Shown piece by piece: positions 29,281 through 43,340 of a stretch of DNA of 64,000 bases. The DNA comes from Chrysomallon squamiferum (Eukaryota; Animalia; Mollusca), in assembly GCA_012295275.1 (NCBI GenBank), contig CM022671.1, forward strand, positions 2,480,001 through 2,544,000, read 5' to 3'. Every line of letters begins with the position of its first letter. The first letter of the stretch is position 1. Position numbers and translations under genes: made by a program. The notes under the pieces were generated by a model that was not told the origin of the DNA, did no database searches, and was given only the letters and a program-made list of their open reading frames with translations.

Positions 29281-30684
29281 AAAATAAAACAGACTTAAGT
29301 ATAATGATGAACGCAAAAAACGTGTTTAAGGTGTTAGCTAGGATTCGATCTTAACAGTTGCCCAGTCACCCGTGGTGACAGAAAATACCGAAAGACAAGT
29401 TAAACCTAACATCCCTAGGCTGTCGTTATTACTTACTTACTTGCTAAATTAATTAACTGATTATTAATAATAATAATAATAATAATTAAAAATGTGAAAT
29501 TCAGGTTTTAGAGGAGTTTTGATAAATGCCGACATTTTTTGGTTTTCGAAAGAGCTCGTGTTATCAGTGTTATATGGTCAATTGAAAAAACCCAGCTGCT
29601 GCCGGAAGTGCAAGTCAAAATAAATTCTTAAGTGCTAATGTTGGAACTTATATAATATAAAACAGACATACACACACACGCACGCACGTACGCATACACA
29701 CACACTTCTGAAAGCATGCTAACACTGATTCTACACAAAATATGCTCTTATGTAATGTGTCCAAATTTATAAAGAATACCATTTCACAGCATGCCGATAT
29801 CCACGTAAAACAACAACCAGTTGATGCTTACTTATCCAGTGAAGTGCAGAGAGTAGATTGCCACAGTAATCATAATTATTATCAAAGCAATTTTTGGAGT
29901 TCAAACATTCTCGGAGAACAAATCAAAATTTCATAAAATAAATAATTGTACAATGTCTTTTGGCATCAAACGTCTCATCTCTTGCTAACAGGTTTTTGAA
30001 CAGCCAACAGACTCGCTATTAAATTTAATACAACATACACTAAGTGCGCAGACTGACGTCAAACAATCTGTAAATAGTCTCCCTTAATAGTTATAGGTGG
30101 CGCTACGAAATATCTTGCTGTCATAAATGGCACCAAAGTCCAGATAAGTCGTCCAGAGCTTTGATGTGCGAATGTTACAAATGAAAAATCTTATTTAAGC
30201 TCATGCAGATTAAAAAGCATTCCCGTATCTTACTTAACGAAGATCGGACGTTGCCATTAACAAATAACTGTAACAGTTAAAAGCGACATCATAAATAGTT
30301 AAATCGTCTATTTCCGTGGCTCGGGTTGCTGTGTTTGTAATTAATCTTACAGTCGTGTCAAGAGACAGAGTATAATGCGATTTTCTCCAGCAAGTCGCTA
30401 TCACTCGTCCTGTAACCACCAGCAACGACAGTCCGAAAACTGCACCCCAGGTAGCGCTTGCTAATTCGTCTTTTGTTGGCAACGTGAATTATATCGAATA
30501 CTGTTTCAGCAGTTTAGAATGTTAATAATAATAATAATACGAAAGAAACATACTGACAGAACAAAATATTATTTCATAATGAAAATTAAAATGTATTATA
30601 TTACTGGAACATTAGCACTAATATAGTTATTTGTTTTCATGATATGATTTAGCTTGTTTCTAGCAGTCAGTCTGGAAATAATAA

Positions 30685-30735
<51 letters not shown>

Positions 30736-31413
30736 AGTAACAATAATAATAACAATAATAGTAATAATAATGACAACAGCAACTTTTATTATTATTATTA
30801 TTATTATTATCAAAATAACAGCTTTTGTAGGATATACACTGTTTATAATAGTCTGCATTCGCAGTGAACGTCACATTGTTCAATGGTCGATGCGTTCACA
30901 CTACATATGCGTACAGAAAGTCAGTTTGTTCATACTGTACGTCACACTTAATATAACAGGCCACGTATTTACACTGTGTCACACTGACGTGATAGTCATT
31001 GGGTTTATAACGTGCTTAACACTGAAAATAACTATCGACAGGTTATGTAATACTATAGTCGATGTGTTCATATTGTAAATCATTTCAGCTGTGTATTTAC
31101 TCACAGTTCTCTTATAACAAGATACAGATTTTTAGGTACTGAAATCCTGGGTAACACTAATAATGAAATTAACTAATTTATTCATAAAAATGTTTTGTTT
31201 TGTTTTCCAATTTTTACTTTATTTTAATATTTCTTTCTTTTTCTTTTCTTCTCTCGCTTTTTATATTTTTTTTTCCATTTTCTTTCTTTTTAGTTATTAC
31301 CATTATTTATTTAATTATTTATGTTTATTTATATATATTCTTTATTTTTTTTAATTTTATTTATTTATTTAGTTATTTAGCTGGGCTTTTTTTCCCCTTT
31401 GCTTTGCTTTGCT

Positions 31414-31414
<1 letters not shown>

Positions 31415-31489
<75 letters not shown>
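31415..31489. repeat. (CT)n microsatellite
   Basis: Seen directly. Confidence 0.97.
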
Positions 31490-31492
<3 letters not shown>

Positions 31493-33424
31493 TTTATAAC
31501 GAGAAAGTTCGTTCTAACATTACTAATGAATTTTGGATTTCTAATAGTTTGAATATTCACACAGTTTGGAAGTGTACCAAACATAACATAAAATCATTTT
31601 GGCATGAATTATGAATTTTTTGGCTTACGTGTACCAAAAGTTATGCAAACTCGTTTTGGCGAGAATTATGTCGGTATTTTTTTGTTGTTTTGTTGTATAA
31701 CGAGGTTTCGGCTTCACCTTGTGAAATAATTCATAGACGCTACGTTAACTTGGAAATTGCTTTCTCCAAACAGTGCTATGTGTTAAAACCAGATCACTGG
31801 GTCTCTAGCACAGTGCGTTAATTAACTTAATTAACTAAGGCAGAGCAAACAAACCTGCATTTCTGTCGTGATATTATGATATTTATTAATATTTCTAGCA
31901 TTTTTCCAGTTTGTTTGTGTACATATATATGTATACATTTTAGCCATATGTATAATATGTAATGACAATTAGGCAGTTCACATTAAAATAATTACATCAG
32001 TTATAACAGTTTTGGTTGCGAGTTCAAAGAAAAATTATATATGCTGTTATACCCTAATAAACAGAGAAGATGTGTGATATGATTAAATATAATTACATTT
32101 ATTAATGAAATAATAATATTCTGTTAAAATACTTATTTAAAACATTTTCGTATTTTTATCAGGTACGTGGGCACTAGTATCAACAAACTGTATATATAAA
32201 AATATTTTGAAAAGTCGTTAAAAAAAATTTCATTAATTTATTTTTTCCAGAACTATTCTGTAAAATACATATAGTCAAAAACAATTATACTGAAAAAAAT
32301 GAATAACTGAACCAGTCATCCAATCAGTTAATGTACATCGTAATTTTATTTGTTCATTTAACGCCTCCTCAGCACATTTTATGTTCGACTGAATGAATGG
32401 ATAATGGATTTGTTTAACAACAAAAACATTTTCTTTTATGACTGACAATTCGTGTGCTTAAAGGAAGAAAAAGGATATAGATTATATAGATAGACAGATA
32501 TATGTTTTGACAAAGATGTTGCAATAAATAACGAGCAATATGCTCACGCCAAACAATCGATCTTGAAATGCCTCGTTCTTTAACGATAATCATCATCATC
32601 ACAATAACAACAACAACAAAAGCAGCAACAAAAATTTGACAAATAGAATTTTGACGGTGCGGCAAGACAGAAAAATAAATCAGAATAGATAGAATTCCGC
32701 AAAGGGAGGGTCAAATATCCTGCCAACCTATTAGTGAGAAAAATAACCATTTTAGAAATCAAAGATCCATCTGTGAAGGATGTAACATATATTAATTAGC
32801 CATAATTATGTCTTTAAAATTCGCACTCGTTATATGAAATCACATTAGAATGAAAAATTCATTGTATTAATGAGAATTTTCTCCAAATCTGTAAGACTGA
32901 TACAGAGGTACCAATTAGTAAAGAAAAATGTCGTGCTGTCATAATATTTCGATTTTTGTTTTTGTTTGTTTTTACAGAAAAAGCTGAATAAATATTTCTC
33001 TAACAAGACCAGTAGTAAAAATTATGAAAGCATTATGCAAAAAAACACTGATGACTGTCTTTTTGTGAACTATATATTTATAAATTTAGTCAAAACTGCT
33101 CAGAACTTGTTGAATACCGATATTAAATATCCCCAAAATAATCTCTGCTTCGATATAGAATAACCTTTATTCATTTATTTTTCCTAAAGTTGTTTTCTTA
33201 ATGTTTTGCACCTGAACTTAATTAGAACCATAAGATTATCCACATTAATCTTATTAATAGAGACAACAGGTGGTTAAATTCCAGACAGCTCTTAATTAAT
33301 CAATTTAACTCCGCGGTAACTAGCGTCTGCGACTGACTAGAAATGGTCGGTGGATTCTATACTCAAGCAGTGAATAAAGGAATGTGTTTGTTTACTGGTA
33401 ACGTTGACTTTTGTTTTGATGGAT

Positions 33425-33585
<161 letters not shown>

Positions 33586-34444
33586 GGTTATTTACAAGGG
33601 TATGATTTTTCATTCAGAATAATAAAACTGTTAAAATAGGCACAACGCACACTCTTTTAGACGAATACATACAATATTTCTTCGGGTTAACCTACAGCTT
33701 ACTTTTTTAATGTCAGTAAGAAGAAGAAAAAGAAGAAGTAAACAAAATACAAGTAATAATAATAATAGCCTGTTTTTGCAAGAGTATAAATAGTAATAAT
33801 AATAGCTGTAGTAGTAGTAGTAGTAATAACAATAATAGCAGTAGTAGTAAAGTAATTATAATAGTAGTAGTAGCCGTAGTAGCAAAAAGAAATTAGGATA
33901 TTTAAGGTTTAAAAAAAGATCTGTAACAAATCAGTTCAAATATATAATGTTAAATTATTATAAATGTATCATTTCTACAATAATATCATTATCTTTTTTA
34001 GATCATACTGCAAATAGACACTTTTTTTTTTTCTTCTTTTTTTTTTTTGGAGAGTCGCATATGAGAATAAGGGGTAGGTTGTGTATATTTAGTTATTTGT
34101 AATGTTTGAATATGTGTATTTTTATATACAGATAGATAGATGGACAGACAGACACACAGACAGACAGACAGACAGAGGGCCAGACAGACGGGAAAAGATT
34201 AACGTGACAGATAATTATGTACACATTAGTATAGTCGTTGCCTTCTTTTCAAATATTACAGAAGAGTAGTATAGCGAAACTTATCACAGCGGATTTATGA
34301 AGACAGCTAAACTTAATACACAGCAGGCAGTCTGCTCAGAGTTCCATTTATTTGACGATCAATCTCAAAATTCTGTCTCGGTTCTTAGCCACCTTAACAC
34401 ACTGACTCTTTGATGCATTCTCTTCACGATGCATGCTGCAACCT

Positions 34445-34500
34445 GTTCTCCGATTGGCTGACTGCGGTATACATGGCGGGGAGAGCGAGATCTAACGGTA
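34445..34500 (+). promoter_or_regulatory. Candidate promoter of the GPCR gene
   Basis: Reverse CCAAT (GATTGGCT, about 34452) and YY1-like ACATGGCGG (about 34471) in a GC-richer patch about 600 bp upstream of the ATG. Confidence 0.4.
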
Positions 34501-35082
34501 TTGTGTTACAGCAATAGTTCACAGTCAGCTGTCGGATTTGAAGGTATGGACAACGAATTTTGTAACAGTGAAAACATCGTTCTGTAAAAAGCTACCGTTA
34601 ACTGACTGAGAGCATTAAACAGAAGTGATGCTAATACGATGCGATGAACTAAAGAATAAGCAAACTATAAATGTTTTCACACGAAAAACGATACTGTTGT
34701 GTCTTTGAAAACGAAAATTCTGTGTTGCGCTCTAAATGGGAAGATGGAAAATACATTCTGAGTGTTTAATGGGAACTGTTATTAAAATACCATTTAGTGT
34801 TGGGAAGTTGGATCGTGTCAGAAGGGTGTAAATGGGTGGGGTTTTTTTAGGTTTTAGATCCTTGGATAATGTCGACAGATCTAAAGCCATTACATGTGAG
34901 TTGCAAAGTGTTCGTTTTGACATTGAAATGAGGAGCTGAGATGTAATTAATACATAATTTAAAAAAAAGAAGAAGATAGAAAACAAACTGGAATTAATGA
35001 AAGAAGAAAAAAGACTGAGAATTAATAGTATAACAATAGTAAGATGTTTAGATGTAGTTGACGTACGTGCCAACAGACCACC

Positions 35083-36369
35083 ATGTTTCGCGGGAACGTT
35101 TCCCCGGAAGCGGAATACGTCGACAACAGCACCAATCCCAACGTGGATGTCTGGTTGCCTGGCGCCTTGAACACCGTGCGTGGCGTTTTTCTTCTTCTTG
35201 TGTGCATTCTAGGAGCTGTTTTCAATGTGTTTATCATGACGGCCATCATTCCAAACAGGCGACTGAGAACTGTACGTAACATACTTCTCGTTCATCTTGG
35301 AGGCGTGGGTCTATGCTCGTGTCTCCTAACCACGCTTTACTGTGTTGTCGTCGTATTTCACAGACACTGGATAGGAGGTCACGTGGCCTGTCAGACTTAC
35401 GCGTTTCTCAATTCCGTATTCACGTGTGTAACCGTATGGACCATCTCAGCCCTCAGCTGGGATAAGTATCAAACCATATCGTGTCCGCTGCACCATTCTC
35501 TCTCGGCCACTGTCCGGAGAATGACCACTTGTTTCATATCTTTCTGGATACTCGCCTTGTCCATTTCGTTGCCTCCACTTTTGGGAGTCAACGAGTTTGT
35601 GTTTGTTCCTGCTATGGGATTCTGTTGTTTAAATCCGTCGCCCACTCGCGGTCTGTGGTATTCTTTGTTATACGTCATTTTTGTTTTCTACATCCCATTT
35701 TTCATCCTCGTCTACTGCTACGTGCACATTTTTAAAATTGCGCGCAGTCAGAGTGGCCGGATCGCTGCGACCATGTTGAGAATGGTGAGTCTGATCCAGG
35801 CTCCTATAGCACCCACCAATGCATCCACCTTATCGATGAGAGGAACGAAAGCAATGAGTACTATTTTACAGCTCGTTGGCTCCTTCGTCTTCACTTACAT
35901 CCCTTTCGCACTCATACTCACGTACGGTTCCTTCAGTGGACACCCGCCTGGCACTGTGTATATCTCCATAGCAACAACGTTGTTTCAGTCGGCACCACTT
36001 ACCAACGCTTCAATGTACGGACTTCGAAACAAGATCCTGCGATCTTCTTTTTGTAGATTTGCTCAAAGGACTGTTCAGTATTATTGCTACAAAGACAGAC
36101 GACGGGGAAGCGTGAAAAGCCTCAGCAGGAAATCCTCATCAAACTTAAAGCTGACGGCGCTCTCTCGCAAATTAACTCTACAAAACGAAGGCAGAAATGG
36201 ATTCCGTAGGACTCGTTCGTTTCAAGTGCCGCCAGTAGATATAGAAGAAAAAGTTCCTATGACGTCATGTCCTAAACTATCTAGACCACGTTCGTTAACG
36301 TTCCTCCCAACAAATGGAAACTATTCACGTGTGAATGGTGATGAAACTTCAAGACCGTTTGTAAACTAA
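35083..36369 (+). CDS. Intronless rhodopsin-like (class A) orphan GPCR, 428 aa, loosely GPR161/GPR101-like
   Basis: Seven hydrophobic segments, N-terminal N-glycosylation sequons, TM1 FNVF, TM3 Cys and SWDKY, TM4 W..LPPLLG, TM5 IPFFILVYCYVHIF, and a long basic Ser-rich C-tail. Confidence 0.92.
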   Translation: MFRGNVSPEAEYVDNSTNPNVDVWLPGALNTVRGVFLLLVCILGAVFNVFIMTAIIPNRRLRTVRNILLVHLGGVGLCSCLLTTLYCVVVVFHRHWIGGHVACQTYAFLNSVFTCVTVWTISALSWDKYQTISCPLHHSLSATVRRMTTCFISFWILALSISLPPLLGVNEFVFVPAMGFCCLNPSPTRGLWYSLLYVIFVFYIPFFILVYCYVHIFKIARSQSGRIAATMLRMVSLIQAPIAPTNASTLSMRGTKAMSTILQLVGSFVFTYIPFALILTYGSFSGHPPGTVYISIATTLFQSAPLTNASMYGLRNKILRSSFCRFAQRTVQYYCYKDRRRGSVKSLSRKSSSNLKLTALSRKLTLQNEGRNGFRRTRSFQVPPVDIEEKVPMTSCPKLSRPRSLTFLPTNGNYSRVNGDETSRPFVN

Positions 36370-36425
36370 ATTGCCAAACAAGGTGCTTCAAAGCGATCAT
36401 ATGTGATATTATTATTATCATCATG

Positions 36426-36487
<62 letters not shown>
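36426..36487. repeat. (ATT)n microsatellite in the GPCR 3'UTR
   Basis: Seen directly. Confidence 0.95.
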
Positions 36488-38354
36488 GAGAGTGTGTGTT
36501 TTTGATAATATACGGATAATTCCATTTGGTCAGGGACCAATCACAGGTAATGCTCATTAATTTATTTTGTGATATTAATGACTTCATGATATTAACACTA
36601 ATCTGTGAATCATTGACGTACTTATTATTATCGTGTTTGTTATTGTTGGTGTTTAATTATAATTTATAATGTGTAAATGTTAGTTATTAGAAATATTACA
36701 CGCTGTTTATTAAAGAACGTATTATACTGTATAAGTGTTTACAAATGTTATTCTTAATGTATTAAATAAATGCTACGTTTCCAAGTTACTGTTATTAAAT
36801 TGTCAAGTATTTCGAGCACTTAGTATTCGGGGTGCTACACAATTCCGCTATGTTATAAAAAAATCAAAATAAAATCACCATTTTTCTGATACTGAAGTAT
36901 GACCATAAAAATAATAAACCGAAAGAGTAAATCTAGAATTACTTTGTATTTCTATGAACGAAATATCGTCACGAAACGAGAATCACCTAATAAGCCTACT
37001 GACTTTGTTATTTTAACGTTATCCGTTATCATTAGAAATGACAGTTTTAAATTTCTTAATGTGCAAACTGTACATAGATTATCAGTAAGTTCAAATCAAG
37101 AGAGTGGATGATTTGCTATCAAATTCTGCAGTGTTTGTCCAGATAAGCACGAACTTTAGCACAGGAAGTCATGAGACGCAACATCAGAACACTGGGTTTT
37201 TTTTCAGTCTAATAATTATTAACAAGTTCACATTATTCTGCTCATCTCGGACATGGTCGATACACTAACACGACTCGTTCAGTTCTTTTCCACTCTGTGC
37301 GGAGGATCCCACGGCTAACATTGCCTTTAGTCAAACCTAGCAGTGTTACCGACTCTAAATAAAATTATATAAGTACACCGGAAGAATACATTAATAATTT
37401 TTAAAATGCTCTAATTTCCTCAAAACACGTTTAAACACGCTTCTAATTAACTGGACATGTGGCTCTGTACGAATTAAACAGTGAACGACAGACGTGAACT
37501 AGAACGGTTAAAATAAAGTGGTTAACAGCTGACAGTTTGTATGTTTGGAATGCAGTAAGTCGCACGTTCGTTAACGAGCATCTGCTGTTCTTAAGTTCCT
37601 GTTTGTACAAAGTAAATTAGCTACAAGACATCGCAGTTTAAATTTCAGTTCAGTTGTTACATGTAAACTGATGAAACGTGGCCGCTACAAGGTAGAGGTC
37701 TGCCACATTTATATATCTGTGTTATCACAGAGACAGGAAAGAACAAACACTCTCCTCGATAAACAGTTGAATATGAAATAGCTCAGTGGGCACAACGAAG
37801 AAGACTGACCATTTAATCATCTGTCTCTAAACCTAAAGATATAACAGGTTTTTCTATTACTTTCAATAGCTTCTTGCCTTACCTAAATCAGGATTTAGTT
37901 TGACAAACAGAATAATGAAAAACTCCCCTAACCGTTCATATCATTAATATTCAAAAAACTACTTGTTTGACACCTAATAATCATTAATATAGACATATAT
38001 CTGAGTTGTCATTAAACAAATATTCATATATTCATTCATTTCATACAATTATGTTCGTTTCCTCCGACTGTATCAAATATGGATAAGAATTTTAATTTAA
38101 TGTACTTAAAGTTGCTATTAATATAACGTTGTTGTTTTTGTTTTAATTTTTTTTTTTTTTTAAAGTTCACCAGATTAGAATAAAAATAAATTAGTATATA
38201 AATTAGTATTCTTTTGAGAATATGTAATAAAAATTAAGTTGCCGATTCGTAATTATCGCTTCCTACATTTTGACTTACCTATCTAGTATTTCTGAATTTC
38301 GCAGAATAGGTCAAATGATATGCCAGTGCTTCCCGGTCTTCTCACAAATATAAA

Positions 38355-38372
38355 ATATATATATATATATAT

Positions 38373-38450
<78 letters not shown>
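38355..38450. repeat. Interrupted (AT)n microsatellite
   Basis: Seen directly. Confidence 0.95.
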
Positions 38451-38455
<5 letters not shown>

Positions 38456-39250
38456 TATTATTATTATTGTTATTATTTTCTTCTTCTTCTTTTAAATAAG
38501 TTTATGTGATGTTTTTTGTTTTGTTTTTTTACTGGATTACACGGGCTGGCAATAATTACGTATTTGATATTCTTTTATACATAAACATCTAAACATTACG
38601 AAAGGTTATCGTTGAACTCATTTCGAAATGCGTCAAAATTCTGCATTTGTTGTAATTTAATTTTTCTTTGTTCATGCATTACGCATTGTTAAATCTATAC
38701 TATTGGGAGTCTAAATGTATTCTTTACACTTACATATATTTGTATTCATTATCAAAACCAGTCTTTGTTAATAATTATTTATTTATTTATTTATTTATCT
38801 ATTTATATATTATGTTTATTTTTTTTTTTTTATTTATTTATCTTTTCTTCTTTTTTTAATATAGCTCAGATAATAACGATCTGTTTTGACGTGCTCCGAA
38901 TGATTCCGAAATGTTACAATCTGTTCCGAATTTCTCTGTTCTCGCAAAAATTAATGGTTTAACGATTTGTGTCTTAGCGTTAAGAACAGAATATGCATAA
39001 AGCCGATGGTGAGTTTTAAAACCTCTAATTGATAGGTCTCACATTGGTGTTTCAGTTTGTCTAAATGACCGTATCAATTATAATAACTGAGCTGTGTTCA
39101 CTGAAAATGGGTAGCACAAGAAGATGCATCGCGTGTAAATGATCTTTCAGTGAATAAATATATAAATGAAATATGACGTTTAAATTATTCTTACGTTAAG
39201 TTCACATGCATGGGTTAGTCTACTTTATTATTCACTGATATACTTTCTTG

Positions 39251-39257
<7 letters not shown>

Positions 39258-39340
<83 letters not shown>
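39258..39340. repeat. Compound (CT)n(GT)n microsatellite
   Basis: Seen directly. Confidence 0.95.
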
Positions 39341-39341
<1 letters not shown>

Positions 39342-40937
39342 CTTATTATCTAGTTTTGACTTTAGATGTCTCTGTTTTTAGTAATAATTTTTAAAATGTT
39401 TAGGTTTATTTAATTACAAACCATGTTTTAATACAGTAAATTAAGATCAGTATTTTCAGATACTAAATTGATTATGTAGAAAGAAACATCTATGTATGTT
39501 TAATTATCGTCATATTGTTATTGTTACTCAAACTCTCTTGGAATTTATATGATTAAACTATCTCTGTGTAGACAACACCTTTTGGCACACAACTGTATCA
39601 CCCACCGTGCACCACGATATTCTCAATTTAACCGTTTAGAAAAATATATGAACTTAAAAACGAAGAGGTCATTAACCGACGCTGAAACAAACATATTCAG
39701 ATTATCGTTCTTCCTTAGCAGTTGCCAGTCACAAAAGCATCGTGCATGCAAGAAATTCGTGCCTTCTCAAATTGGATTAGGTGTATGTATAATAAATAAA
39801 TAAATTAATTAATTAATAGTGTTGCTCTACAACCAATACAACAACTACTACTACCTCTACCTTTATTACTGCAGAACCGCATTATTACCATACTGTTACA
39901 TCACAATGCCTGCTGCAGCAACTACGACGTCTTCTCTTAACCACTATACTGTTTCTGCAGTTGCTGATGCTTCTTCTACTACTACTACTGTTACTACTGC
40001 TACTAACAATAATAACACCAACAACAGCAGCAGCATCTATAACTGAATAAAGATTTATATAACTTTCTGGTACTATTGTGTTGTGACACAGCAATCCAAG
40101 TAACTACATGTTCTACATAATAAACTTAAATGTTTGTGTGAAATGTTTCCCAGAATTCTGTATTAATAATTTCACAAGTTGGTGACACTTAGTGGAAGCG
40201 TCTAAAATCAACACATTTACCTCGATTTTACAGTCTTTCACGCAATCGACCGTTTTGTCCGTGAAATCATTGCTTTTGTATTTTCTCCTTTGTTTAACCC
40301 ACTGCACGTGAAACATGGCGTCAGCTGTCGACCGCAGTGGGACACGCTAATGAGTTCCGGTGGAAGAGAGAAAACGCTGAGTGCATTTGCACTGGTTAAT
40401 TAAGAGACGTCGTCTCTGCTCGAATAGACAACGTCACCAGTGCCGCCTAACAATTCATCATCATTACATGTGAACACATGTTCAAAATGTTTGGAGATTC
40501 CTCGGCGCTAGAATATATATATATGTAAATTACTTTTTAAATGACATGTACTGAATTTAGACTAGCGAGTACTTTGTAAATGTTATGTTCACAGTTTTAT
40601 TTTGGTATAGTAGTAGCAGCGGCAACAGCAGCAGAATTAGCGGTAGCTGCAATTATAGTAGGAGCAGCCGTAGTAGTAACAGTAGTAAAATTAATGTTGT
40701 TGTCGTAGTGATGGTATTAATATTAACAGTTCTAGTACTAGTGCCACTCCACCCTCCTCTGGATATGGACCCAAACCCTTCTGAAAGAATATTCTAATTC
40801 AGTCAAAGTATATGTTAGTTTTACAGTTTATACTTCATTCATATTTTAATTTAACTATGAATATATTTACACAAACTTTTTATTGTTTTTATTTTTTTAT
40901 TTATTATCATTTATTATTTTATTTATTTATTTATTTT

Positions 40938-41007
<70 letters not shown>

Positions 41008-42964
41008 TTTGCTTGGTTCTTGGTTGTTGTTTATATATATTGTTTTGAGGGTTACTTATCTCTAAACGTATGGCATGTATCTCACGTATACATTTTATTA
41101 TATGACAATGTGTTGTGTTAATGATTATGATAGTAGTGATAGCAGAGACAAATAATAGTAAGAATGATATAGCAGTATATTTGTTGTTATTTAGTAGTAC
41201 TAGTAGTAGTAGTTGTTGTTGTTTAAGTCACATTTATTGTACACGTTTGTGTAGGTTATGTTAAATCTTTTATACATTTTATGTTTGTATTCCGGTCAAC
41301 GTTTTCACCATATTCTTAATCAATGGTATTTGTGTGTAGATATTTAACAACCTGCAACTATTTTATCAGTGACAAAAAATAAATACTTATATTCAATTCT
41401 TTAAAGTTTGCTTATTTTACATACATACATGCATATATACGTACGTTCCCACATGTATGCATTTATACATACAGACATACATACGTGCGTAGTATAAACA
41501 TGCATACATACACGTATGCACGTACATACAAAAATATATGTATGTCTGAGTGTCTGCTTTAATTTCCTTTGTACTGTGACTGAAATGGCAGACAAACGGC
41601 TTGCAGGCAACTTTTATTCTAGCGCTCGATGTGAATTCGCGGTGCTAAGTAGTCCAAAAATTACCTTTATACTTTTGTGTTTGATCTAATAATAATAATA
41701 ACCACAGCAGAATTAGTACTAGTAGTAGTGGTAATAATAATAATATGAAGAAGAACAATAACAACAACAACGACAACAACAACAACAAAAACAAAATAAC
41801 AACTAAAAAACAACAACAAGGAAGTGGAGTATAACAGGGGATATGAAAATGTTGATAATAACAAAACTAATGAATAATGTTGATAATGATTATGATGATG
41901 ACAACAATAACAAATAACAACAAAACTGTAATAATAGAAGTAACAACAACAATTCTAACAACAGTAACAGAAACCTAACAACAGCTATAGAAATAAAGGT
42001 AGCTGGTAAAAGAAATCTCGAGCAGAGTTCAATAAGTGTATTTTGTGAACGTATAAAACGTAAAACTACTTGTTGTAAAAAGCCGATTTTCTAGGTATGA
42101 CTATTTACCTGTGATTAAACTGCATTGTTCATCACGTTGCTTAACTTCACAGCTTGTTTGTTTATATTATATATGTGTATATGAATTTATTTATTTATTT
42201 AAAAACTGACATTTCGTCATTCCCCGTCACATTAACTATAAATTGGTATTTTCAGTTCTCTGTTGCTATGTATTTCACTGTCACTGTATTGTTATGTATT
42301 TCAGATGTAAAGTTATTTGTTTCTGACATCTGTGTATTTCGGAGGTCTAAGCTGCTACGATAAATTACTGTGAGTGTTAATGTCGTCATATTATTATGTG
42401 TTATAATTAAAATTAACGCATAAATTTAGTAATCATGTTCATGGTTATTTGCAAATTTTCGATGATTTGATTTACAGGTAAGGGCTCCGAGTGCAATAGT
42501 TCTAGGATCTTTCAGGCTGCCAATCAAAACATCGGAGATGAGCAAATAACCAATCATATCATGAGAAAGCTTATGCGGTAAATGATTTGTACCAAGTTTT
42601 TTTTACAAAGAAATGGATGAAATATCAAAAGAGTGCAGTTATACTCATTAATTGCATGTTTTTGTCAATATTGAAGAAGAAAAAAATCAAAGCCTGATGC
42701 AACGTCACGTTATTGCATGTTTCGGTACAATTAATGCTTCTGCTTATTTCAGCATTTTCAAGTTATTGCGTAATTAATCTTGTTTTATTTTCTATCTTTC
42801 TTTCAAGAAAGACATGGAAAACTCGTCGATATAAATAAGTGTGTAAATCTCAGTTAGCATGATGATTAAACTGTTGGCCTTTATTATAGTCGGAAGGAGA
42901 TCGCATTCTGGAACTTACTGTGCTTGAAGCTAACAGAAGACATCTAAAATGTCTACATCTCCTC

Positions 42965-43340
42965 TGTCTTCTCTTTTCTCTCATTAATCTTCTAACACAC
43001 TAACCATACCTAACTATTATCTAACTAATCTTCCAACACACTATTCTGCAACCTACTCTTTTTTCTCTAACTAATCTTCTAATACACTAACCATACAATA
43101 ACGTCTCTTCTCTCTAATTAAACTTCTAACACAATGGTAATACTAGAACTTTTCTTTTCTCTTATCTTCACACTTACATCCTCTTTTAGCTAACTAAACT
43201 GCTAACAAATTAATGCTACTAAATTCTCACTTTTCTCTACTTTTTGACAGACTAATACTCACGTCCTGTTTTTTTTCTAACTAACCTCCTAACACACTAA
43301 CACAACTCTTTTCTATAATTTTCTAACAGATTTACACTAA
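42965..43340. repeat. Degenerate minisatellite (unit about 40-50 bp)
   Basis: Recurring tctctaactaatcttctaacacactaa(c/t) motif. Confidence 0.7.

Noticed and set aside
35960-36030. GPCR as a possible opsin
   Set aside because: The position equivalent to the retinal-binding lysine (six residues before the NPxxY Asn) is Gln.
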